Of a stretch of 64,000 bases of DNA, positions 31,401 to 38,685 are shown piece after piece; the first letter of the stretch is position 1; every line of letters begins with the position of its first letter. Source of the stretch: an uncultured bacterium. Lineage in GTDB: Bacteria; Patescibacteriota; Patescibacteriia; SG8-24; DYFX01. Both the position numbers and the translations under genes were made by a program. The DNA lies in contig CALCDZ010000001.1 of NCBI GenBank assembly GCA_937900255.1, positions 57,988-121,987 of the forward strand. The letters are read 5' to 3'. The notes under the pieces are model-generated. The model was not told the DNA's origin. It saw only the letters and a list, made by a program, of their open reading frames with translations, and did no database searches.

Positions 31401-33173
31401 TCAATCCTGATAGCCGGCGGGGCGTTCGCCGTCCTGGAGCGGCGAGCCGATCCGATAATCGGCGAAGAGGCTGACGTCGACGTCACGTACGCGCGTGTTC
31501 CAGGCGGTGCCGTAGAGCGCCTTGGCTTGCGCTTCGGTCTGGACCCAGCGGAGCAGGCCATCGGGCTCGACCGCGTAGGTCTTCGGATCGCTCTGGATCT
31601 TGATCAGGTAGGCGCCTTCGCGCAACCGGACGTTGCCACCGATCACGAGGCCGCTCAGCTGGTCGGCGGGCACGGTGACGACCTTGGAGAAGTCCTGCCC
31701 GAACCAGGACCGATAGCTGGTCTCGTTCGGGAAGACGTAGCGTTTCCCGTTCTTGTACCAGTAGACGGCTGGGGAGGCAGAGGCCTTGATGAGGTCTCCG
31801 TCCTTCAAAGGAAGGAAACCGACGCCCTGCGGCGCCGAAGCCTGGGCGGTGATAGGAGCCGACTCGATTGAGAGGGCATCCTTGACTCCGTCGGAAACGG
31901 CGAAGCGGCAGGTGACGGGAGTCGCGGTCAGGCCTTCTGCCAGCGTCGCCAGGCGCGCCGGTCGGTCGCCGACCACCGTGACGGTGGAGGGCCTGCCTCC
32001 GCAAGAGGCGGTGACGGAGGTCGGCGCCCGGTCGAGTTCAACGGAAACCTGCGCGGCGGAGTCCGTGAGGCGGGCGACGTCGGGTCCAGAGACGACCCTC
32101 GGGGCCGCGGTAGCCGGCGTCGAGATCATCACCGGGCTGACGACCGAAACGTTCATCACTGCGCCGGCGGCGTTCAGCGCTTCGGCCTTGAGCGTGAGCG
32201 CGCCGTTCACGGCGGGCGGATACCAGACGTAGGCGCCGTCGGTCACCGGCCGTTCGACGATGGGGCGATAGCTGCCGCTGCCGTCCGTCGAGTAACTGAG
32301 CCGTACCTTCACGACGCCCGCTTCGTTGGCGTACCAAGCCAGCGGGCTCGGCGCCCCGGCTTGGAAGGACGGAAGGCCATGGGGCGACGTCAAGGCGAAG
32401 ACGGTATCCTTGGAAGGCGTGGGGTCGTTCGAAGTGCCGGTCCGGAAACTGAAAGGATTCGGATAGCTGCCGAGCGCGACGGAGTTCCCGGCCGCGTCCT
32501 TCGCGTCGATCCCGAAAGTTTCGGCCGCTCCGCGCGCGTACGGCGCATGCGAGATCGTCAGTACGTTTCCGGAGAAGGCGTAGCCCCACCCATCAGGATT
32601 CTTTTCGGAGAAGGGGACGACGCTGCCTGACAAGACCGGCTCGCTGAAGGTGAGGACGAGGTCAGCGTCACGCGAAGCGTCGATCGTCCCGGCGGCTGGG
32701 TTGGAGGAAAGCAGCACCGGCGGAGCCTGGTCGATTTCCGTGTCGGAAGCGCCGGTGTCTCCGATGGCGATCGCCGAAAGTTCGGTCGTGCCGTCGCTCA
32801 CGCCCGCGTTCGCGCCCTGTGGCGCATAGGTGACTTCAAAACCCTGGGCAGAAGTCGTGACCGGCAAGCGCGCGTCGGACTCATCCAACGCGATTTCCAG
32901 CGACGCCGGGTCGCCCGAAACGGCCACGAAGGCGGAGCGGACGGCCAACGCCTGCCCTTGATAGCTCACGCCGATCCCTTTCGTGCCGCGAACGCGCCAA
33001 TCCGTCTTAGCGGGGTTGGCGAAGGCGATGACGGCATGGTCGATCCGTCCGTCGTGATTGAGGTCCCGGAGGGCGATGGACGTGACGTTCCCCGCCGCCG
33101 GGGCGGCAAGGGCCGGCAGGGCGGTCACCGCAAGCAAGGCGGCGAAAGAGCCCAAAAGAAGTTTGTTGCGCAT
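31401..33173 (-). CDS. secreted surface protein with Ig-like regions and a C-terminal ~100-aa domain shared with two other proteins in the window
   Basis: Start at MRNKLLLGSFAALLAVTALPALAA (signal peptide); the ORF-track start at 33329 is an extension. The C-terminus (AVYWYKNGKRYVFPNETSYRSWF...KIQSDPKTYAV...LRWV) matches domains in 54059-56668 and 49982-51391. Confidence 0.65.
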   Translation of the reverse strand: MRNKLLLGSFAALLAVTALPALAAPAAGNVTSIALRDLNHDGRIDHAVIAFANPAKTDWRVRGTKGIGVSYQGQALAVRSAFVAVSGDPASLEIALDESDARLPVTTSAQGFEVTYAPQGANAGVSDGTTELSAIAIGDTGASDTEIDQAPPVLLSSNPAAGTIDASRDADLVLTFSEPVLSGSVVPFSEKNPDGWGYAFSGNVLTISHAPYARGAAETFGIDAKDAAGNSVALGSYPNPFSFRTGTSNDPTPSKDTVFALTSPHGLPSFQAGAPSPLAWYANEAGVVKVRLSYSTDGSGSYRPIVERPVTDGAYVWYPPAVNGALTLKAEALNAAGAVMNVSVVSPVMISTPATAAPRVVSGPDVARLTDSAAQVSVELDRAPTSVTASCGGRPSTVTVVGDRPARLATLAEGLTATPVTCRFAVSDGVKDALSIESAPITAQASAPQGVGFLPLKDGDLIKASASPAVYWYKNGKRYVFPNETSYRSWFGQDFSKVVTVPADQLSGLVIGGNVRLREGAYLIKIQSDPKTYAVEPDGLLRWVQTEAQAKALYGTAWNTRVRDVDVSLFADYRIGSPLQDGERPAGYQD

Positions 33174-33262
33174 ATGCCCATATCTTAGCAGTTTTTCCGA
33201 GACATGGCACATCCACGTTTGAAACGCTGTCCCGACCTTTAAATATGAGGTGCACAGGGGCC

Positions 33263-33291
33263 TTGATGCGCTCGGGCCCCTCGTGTATAGT
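33263..33291 (+). promoter_or_regulatory. sigma-70-like promoter for tRNA-Asn (TTGATG-N17-TATAGT)
   Basis: TTGATG at 33263-33268, a 17-nt spacer, TATAGT at 33286-33291, about 38 nt upstream of the tRNA 5' end. Confidence 0.5.
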
Positions 33292-33329
33292 GTGCCTGGT
33301 ACCGACCGCCCATCCGGGGCGTGAGCCAT

Positions 33330-33404
33330 TCCGAGGTAGCTCAGCGGTAGAGCAGTGGACTGTTAATCCATTGGTCCTGGGTTCGAATCCCAGCCTCGGA
33401 GCCA
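33330..33404 (+). tRNA. tRNA-Asn (anticodon GTT), CCA encoded
   Basis: TCCGAGGTAGCTCAGCGGTAGAGCAGTGGACTGTTAATCCATTGGTCCTGGGTTCGAATCCCAGCCTCGGAGCCA. Acceptor TCCGAGG/CCTCGGA, anticodon loop CTGTTAA, T-loop TTCGAAT. Confidence 0.85.
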
Positions 33405-33441
33405 TGAGCAGGCGTGTGGGGCGACCCACGTGCTTGGTCAA
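33394..33441 (+). repeat. 48-bp direct repeat copy 1 (tRNA-Asn 3' end plus 37 nt downstream)
   Basis: cctcggagccatgagcaggcgtgtggggcgacccacgtgcttggtcaa. Copy 2 at 35157-35204 is identical except for one mismatch. Confidence 0.75.
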
Positions 33442-33443
33442 AA

Positions 33444-33478
33444 GCCAGCCAAAAAATTGGCTGGCTTTTGTGTTTTTT
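33444..33478 (+). terminator. rho-independent terminator after tRNA-Asn
   Basis: GCCAGCCAA-aaaa-TTGGCTGGC hairpin followed by TTTTGTGTTTTTT. Confidence 0.6.
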
Positions 33479-33708
33479 AGGTCGTTCGGATTAGCGACCT
33501 GAACCAGTGTGATTTCGCATTGGAAACGCACCCACGTGGGAATCAAGAACTTTAACCTTATTTCCTGGTTCGAATCCCACGTGTTTTCACGCGCCGTCAC
33601 TGCATGACCTCGGGCGCATTGGTTGACCCAATGCATCAGAAAAGCTACTCTTAAAGGAGGATTTCCAACGTAATTCGATATAGCACCTATTTTGCAAATG
33701 ATAATGTT

Positions 33709-34305
33709 ATGAAGCGAGCATATATTTTGCTGCTTGTCGTTACGTATAGCCTTGGACTGATCGGGGTGACATCCTGGTTTTGGTTGCGGCAAAATCGGAA
33801 TAATCAAACCGGATCTTCCTGCTTCGACTCCGCGATTTTTTGCAGGCCCGCGGAATACATGGCGGAGGACGGCATCGTTTATGCTCATCTGCGTCGGGGC
33901 GAAGAGGAGGCAATGATTGAACGTATCCGCGAGTATTACACTGCAGACTATCGCAAGACGCTACCTAAGAAGTTCGAAGCGGAATTGACCTCTGCCGATA
34001 CTCCTCAGGAAAAGCAAAAGTACGCAGACGCCCTTGCGTCCCTGAAAAAGTGGATTGACGTGGATACGTCCTTTAGCGCGCCTCGTACTTATAAGGACTT
34101 GGACGGCGTCGTGGCTGTGGTCACGGGCGCCTCGGCATTCGTACCGGGCGTAGGATACGTTGAGTCGAGAGCTAACGTTTTTTTCTTCCGCCGCGATGAT
34201 ACGTCGTACCGGCTCGCGGCTGTCACGCCCGTCGGGGAAGATGCAAGGACGTATGAATCGGCGCCGGTCGACATGTTCAAGAGGGGTGTGGGGGCTATAG
34301 AATAG
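33709..34305 (+). CDS. hypothetical membrane-anchored protein (island cargo)
   Basis: 198 aa with an N-terminal TM helix. It sits in an AT-richer segment and is convergent with the CHAP-like gene. Confidence 0.5.
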   Translation: MKRAYILLLVVTYSLGLIGVTSWFWLRQNRNNQTGSSCFDSAIFCRPAEYMAEDGIVYAHLRRGEEEAMIERIREYYTADYRKTLPKKFEAELTSADTPQEKQKYADALASLKKWIDVDTSFSAPRTYKDLDGVVAVVTGASAFVPGVGYVESRANVFFFRRDDTSYRLAAVTPVGEDARTYESAPVDMFKRGVGAIE

Positions 34306-34360
34306 CTTACCGAACAAAAAAGAGGCATTCTGACAGTGGATGCCTCTGATGATCTCGATC

Positions 34361-35041
34361 CTAGTACGTGTACGTGGCCTTGAGCCTGAATCCCTGGAAG
34401 ATGACGTTGGGGAAATAGTTCTGCCGTACCTGCCTGAGTGACATGTCGCCACAACGATTCGTCGTGTGCGCGGCGAGCCAGACGTCGTCCCCGTTTTGTC
34501 CCGTCACGAAGTAGGCGTGATCCCAGCTGCCGTCTCCGGTCCAGTCCGCTAGGATCACATCCCCGGCATAGAAGCGCGGAATGGTCGAGAGGCTCTGTGG
34601 AATGGACACGGCGCCATATGTCCTTCCGGAGTTAAGCATGAAGGTGCGGAACTCGCTGACACCGGCCCAGGAGTTGCTTCGGTTGTGATCACCGGCGCTG
34701 AGGTAGTACCAGGCATCGCTACACCACCAACACGTTCCGCCGACCGGCTGCCAACCGCCGAATGCGAGTGCTTGAGACACGAAGTTGGTGCAGTCGCTTG
34801 AGTATGCCTCGTAAGCCTTGTTGTACCCAGTGGTGAGTGACGTGTTGGTTATTCCGCAGTAGTGCAGCGCGTACGTGACTGCGGAACTCGCGGAATAGGT
34901 GCCGGTCGTGACCGACTGCACCACGGACCCCGTGTCGCTGCCGTCGCTGTCTCCGGACGTCGAGGCGTCCATGTCGGCAACGCACGACATCGATACCGAT
35001 CCAATGAGCGCGAAGACCAAAAGAGCTGTTCCTAGTCGCAT
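34361..35041 (-). CDS. secreted CHAP/NlpC-P60-like cysteine amidase (putative peptidoglycan hydrolase)
   Basis: Signal peptide MRLGTALLVFALIGSVSMSC. Cys motif SDCTNFVSQALAFGGW and downstream His GSWDHAYFV give the papain-fold Cys/His arrangement. RBS GGAAGAGGA before ATG 35041; an alternative start is at 35059. Confidence 0.55.
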   Translation of the reverse strand: MRLGTALLVFALIGSVSMSCVADMDASTSGDSDGSDTGSVVQSVTTGTYSASSAVTYALHYCGITNTSLTTGYNKAYEAYSSDCTNFVSQALAFGGWQPVGGTCWWCSDAWYYLSAGDHNRSNSWAGVSEFRTFMLNSGRTYGAVSIPQSLSTIPRFYAGDVILADWTGDGSWDHAYFVTGQNGDDVWLAAHTTNRCGDMSLRQVRQNYFPNVIFQGFRLKATYTY

Positions 35042-35156
35042 CTGTCCTCTTCCTTTCATGCAATGCCATCGACACTATGTCGATGCGGGAGGAGACTAGC
35101 ACGCGGTTGGCGTTGGCGTCAACCGTGCCTAGGGACTCCAGTGGGAATCGCTACCT

Positions 35157-35204
35157 GGGAGCCATGAGCAGGCGTGTGGGGCGACCCACGTGCTTGGTCA
35201 ATAG
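35157..35204 (+). repeat. 48-bp direct repeat copy 2 (att-like duplicate of the tRNA-Asn 3' end)
   Basis: cctgggagccatgagcaggcgtgtggggcgacccacgtgcttggtcaa, preceded by a degenerate T-arm-like gggaatcgctacc. Confidence 0.75.
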
Positions 35205-35250
35205 ATCATCAAATCATTGGTGGGCTGTTGACTGATAGCAACACGAGTCT

Positions 35251-35847
35251 ATGTGGTTCCACAAGGAGGAAAACCAAATAGATAAAATGTCAAAAGTTTT
35301 TATTGACGAATTTCCTTCTTGGGCGATTAAGCACTCGGCCAAATTGATTTCGGAACTTAAGGAATCACGAAACGAGTATGAGAAGAGTTGGGCCAATCTT
35401 CTCAAGGAACAAAATGCACTTGGAGATACTCTAATTGATTATTTTACGGCCGCGCACGCCATCTACATCAATTCACTGCCTGATGCTTATATTCAATTAT
35501 TGGGAGGTGGCAAAAAAATTGCATCAGCGCTCTCCCTGTGGCCAAGTCGATCCCAAAACTTTTTCCTAATAGCATCGAAGTTCCATCAAAAAGTTTCGTC
35601 TGATGTAGGTCGCGGCGGCAAGAGTTCACTGGTTGAATCATTTGAAAAAGTGTTTTCAAGCGGTGGAAATCTTGAACCCTTGGCTGTGCACATCAGCACT
35701 GCAATTGCGCATTCAATTTCCCAAGAAATGGGCGTGGACACAGATGACCCATTTTCAGCTGCAGGCCTATACTCAACTCTTTTTCGATTATCGCAGGAGC
35801 AACTGGAGTGGGTTTCCAGCCACATTATCAAGCGGGATGCCCGTTGA
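35251..35847 (+). CDS. hypothetical all-alpha protein, low-GC orphan gene
   Basis: 198 aa with markedly AT-rich coding sequence. Lies between the tRNA-end repeat (35157-35204) and the R-M flanking repeat (35935). No family recognised. Confidence 0.5.
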   Translation: MWFHKEENQIDKMSKVFIDEFPSWAIKHSAKLISELKESRNEYEKSWANLLKEQNALGDTLIDYFTAAHAIYINSLPDAYIQLLGGGKKIASALSLWPSRSQNFFLIASKFHQKVSSDVGRGGKSSLVESFEKVFSSGGNLEPLAVHISTAIAHSISQEMGVDTDDPFSAAGLYSTLFRLSQEQLEWVSSHIIKRDAR

Positions 35848-35934
35848 GACCCAAGTACGGCAGTGGCCCACAAATTGACCCCTTCAAAAGCCCTAAGGTG
35901 CCCACAGGAATTGGGCACCAGACCCACCAGCGGA

Positions 35935-36040
35935 GCCAGCAAGACCCATCACGCAAGTGGCGGGTCTTTGCTTTCCGTAAGTCGATTTCCCTTTGGGGGT
36001 GTCGTCTGCTAAAATTGGTCAACATCAGCCAAGGCCGCCT
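35935..36040 (+). repeat. ~105-bp imperfect direct repeat, copy A (immediately upstream of hsdM)
   Basis: gccagcaagacccatcacgcaagtggcgggtctttgctttccgtaagtcgatttccctttgggggtgtcgtctgctaaaattggtcaacatcagccaagg... is about 90% identical to copy B. Confidence 0.75.
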
Positions 36041-36070
36041 CTTTTTTGCTGAAATCAGCGACATACCGCT

Positions 36071-37522
36071 ATGTTCGAGCAAGCCTTCAAGAACATCGAC
36101 GACATCCTCCGCACGGATTCCGGTTCGGCTACGGAGCTGGACTACGTGGAGCAGACTTCCTGGATCATTTTCCTGAAGTACCTGCATGACCTGGAGCTCG
36201 AGAACGCGAAGAAGGCGGAGCTCTCCGGCAAGAAGCACGAGCATACCTTTGAACCGAAGTTCCGCTGGGATACCTGGGCCTGCCCACGGACACCCGACGG
36301 CAAGATCGACCACCATAAAGCGCTCGACGGTAAGGACCTCAAGGAGTTCGTCGACGAAAAGCTTTTCCCGTACCTCAAGAAGTTCAAGAGCGCAGATCCG
36401 GACACCGTCGAATACAAAGTCGGTGAGATCTTCAGCGAACTCAAGAATAAAATCACGAGCGGCTACAAGCTCCGCGAGATTTTGAACATCGTCTGCGATT
36501 TGCACTTCCAGCGTAGCGAGGAGAAGCATGAGCTCTCGCATCTGTACGAGGCCCGAATCGCCAAGATGGGCAACGCGGGACGGAACGGCGGCGAGTACTA
36601 CACGCCTCGCCCCCTCATCCGCACCATCGTGCAAGTGGTCAGGCCTGAAATCGGCGACAAGATCTACGACGGCGCCTGCGGCTCAGCCGGCTTCCTGGTC
36701 GAGGCCTTCAAGTACCTGACGGAAAACAGCGCCAAGCTCTCCACGGCCGAAATGCGCACGCTCCAGACCAAGACCTTCTACGGCAAGGAGATCAAGTCCT
36801 TGGCCTACATCATCGGCGTGATGAACATGATCCTGCACGGGGTCGAGGCGCCGCACATCCGGCACATGGACACGCTGTCCCAGAACGTCAACGACATCCA
36901 GGAGAAGGACCGCTTCGAGGTCATCCTGGCCAACCCGCCGTTCGGCGCCGGTATCGGCAAGGAAGTCCAGCAGAACTTCCCGATCAAGACCGGCGAGACG
37001 GCCTACCTGTTCCTCCAGCACTTCATCAAGAGCCTCAAGGCCGGCGGCCGGGCGGGCATCGTCATCAAGAACACCTTCCTTTCCAACACCGATGACGCCT
37101 CCGTGCGCCTGCGCAGGCACTTGCTTGAGAGCTGCAATCTCCACACCGTGCTGGACTTGCCGGGCGGCGTCTTTTCAGGCGCTGGGGTGAAAACTGTGGT
37201 GCTGTTCTTCGAGAAAGGCGCGCCCACCAAGAAGGTCTGGTACTACCAGCTCAAGCTCGACCGCAATCTCGGCAAGACCAACCCGATCAACGAGAAGGAT
37301 CTGGCGGACTTCGTGAAGCTCCAGAAGACCAAGGCCGATTCCTCCAACGCCTGGTCGGTCAAGGTTTCGGATCTCGATCAGGAAACGCTTGATTTGTCGG
37401 TGAAGAACCCTAAGGGCACCGAGACTGTCGCGCACCGCAGCCCCAAGGACATTCTCAAGGAGATGGTGAAATTGGATGCAGAGAGCGCGAAAGCGTTGGC
37501 TGGTATCAAGGGGTTGCTATGA
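36071..37522 (+). CDS. hsdM: type I restriction-modification system methyltransferase subunit
   Basis: MFEQAFKNIDDILRTDSG... N-terminus. N6-adenine MTase motif NPPFG. AdoMet motif DGACGSAGFL. Confidence 0.9.
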   Translation: MFEQAFKNIDDILRTDSGSATELDYVEQTSWIIFLKYLHDLELENAKKAELSGKKHEHTFEPKFRWDTWACPRTPDGKIDHHKALDGKDLKEFVDEKLFPYLKKFKSADPDTVEYKVGEIFSELKNKITSGYKLREILNIVCDLHFQRSEEKHELSHLYEARIAKMGNAGRNGGEYYTPRPLIRTIVQVVRPEIGDKIYDGACGSAGFLVEAFKYLTENSAKLSTAEMRTLQTKTFYGKEIKSLAYIIGVMNMILHGVEAPHIRHMDTLSQNVNDIQEKDRFEVILANPPFGAGIGKEVQQNFPIKTGETAYLFLQHFIKSLKAGGRAGIVIKNTFLSNTDDASVRLRRHLLESCNLHTVLDLPGGVFSGAGVKTVVLFFEKGAPTKKVWYYQLKLDRNLGKTNPINEKDLADFVKLQKTKADSSNAWSVKVSDLDQETLDLSVKNPKGTETVAHRSPKDILKEMVKLDAESAKALAGIKGLL

Positions 37523-38679
37523 GTGGTGAGTGGCCCACGAGAAAATTGGGCGCTGTTTTGCAGATAATCAATGGTTACGCGTTTGATTCCAAACATTTTG
37601 ATGCCACAAATGGAATGCCGCTGATTAGGATCCGTGATTTAAAATCTGGTACTCACACGGAAACGCGATTTGCAGGGGCATACGACAAAAAATATATAGT
37701 TAAAGCAGGAGATTTGCTCATTGGAATGGATGGTGAGTTTGGTTGCTACGAATGGGGTGGTGAACCCGGCTTATTAAATCAGCGAGTATGCAAGTTACAG
37801 TCGTTTGCAACATCGCTAGCGCCGCGCTTCTTATTTTACGGAGTTAACAGTTACCTTAAGGACATTGAGAATGAGACTGGATATACCACAGTAAAGCACC
37901 TGTCTTCAAAACAAATCCTCGACATCGAATTTCCAATTCCGCCGCTACCGGAGCAACGGCGGCTCATTAAGTTACTCGACCAAGCTTTTTTGGATATCGC
38001 CATCGCCAAGGCGAATGCCGAAAGGAACTTGCAAAATGCGCGCGATCTTTTTGAGAGCCGTCTCAATGAGATTTTTACCAAGCGGGGACTGGGGTGGGTG
38101 GAAAAACGGCTCGATCAGATTGGAACAACACAAACCGGTTCGACTCCGTCGACTTCCGATAAAGAAAACTACGGCAACTTCATTCCTTTTATAAAGCCGG
38201 CAGACTTTAATGAAGATGGCTCATTGAACTATGGCAATGCTGGTCTTACCGAAAAGGGATTATTGAAAGCGCGCAAAGTGCGAGCTGGATCAGTCCTAAT
38301 GGTGTGCATCGGTGCGACTATCGGGAAATGTGGTTATTGTGATCGTGATGTAACCACAAATCAGCAAGTTAACTCACTCACCCCATTCAAAGGTACTTTC
38401 TACAAGCTTGTTTATTATCAGATGCGTACCAGAGACTTTCAAAGACGCATGCTTTTGAGTTCTGCTCAGGCCACGTTGCCGATAATAAACAAGTCTAAGT
38501 GGGAGGCTTTAACAATTTTGCTGCCACAAAAGACGGGAGAACAATCACGTATCGTTATGGAGCTGGCCGGCTTGGACAAAGAAGCAGCCCGCCTCAAGTC
38601 CACCTATCAGAAAAAGCTCCACGCATTGGAAGCGCTAAAGAAATCCTTGCTCAACAAGGCTTTTCGTGGTGAGCTGTAG
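37519..38679 (+). CDS. hsdS: type I restriction-modification system specificity subunit
   Basis: 386 aa with two target-recognition-domain halves separated by conserved helical repeats. ATGA overlap with hsdM. AT-rich relative to hsdM and hsdR. Confidence 0.85.
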   Translation: MSGEWPTRKLGAVLQIINGYAFDSKHFDATNGMPLIRIRDLKSGTHTETRFAGAYDKKYIVKAGDLLIGMDGEFGCYEWGGEPGLLNQRVCKLQSFATSLAPRFLFYGVNSYLKDIENETGYTTVKHLSSKQILDIEFPIPPLPEQRRLIKLLDQAFLDIAIAKANAERNLQNARDLFESRLNEIFTKRGLGWVEKRLDQIGTTQTGSTPSTSDKENYGNFIPFIKPADFNEDGSLNYGNAGLTEKGLLKARKVRAGSVLMVCIGATIGKCGYCDRDVTTNQQVNSLTPFKGTFYKLVYYQMRTRDFQRRMLLSSAQATLPIINKSKWEALTILLPQKTGEQSRIVMELAGLDKEAARLKSTYQKKLHALEALKKSLLNKAFRGEL

Positions 38680-38685
38680 GCGCAT

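Larger units (their letters stand above)
33405..35156. mobile_element. putative integrated islet or island remnant at tRNA-Asn, bounded by direct repeats, with no integrase in the window
   Basis: A tRNA 3'-end duplication brackets two cargo genes (a membrane protein and a CHAP-like amidase). Composition shifts to AT-richer at 33440-33720. Confidence 0.4.
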
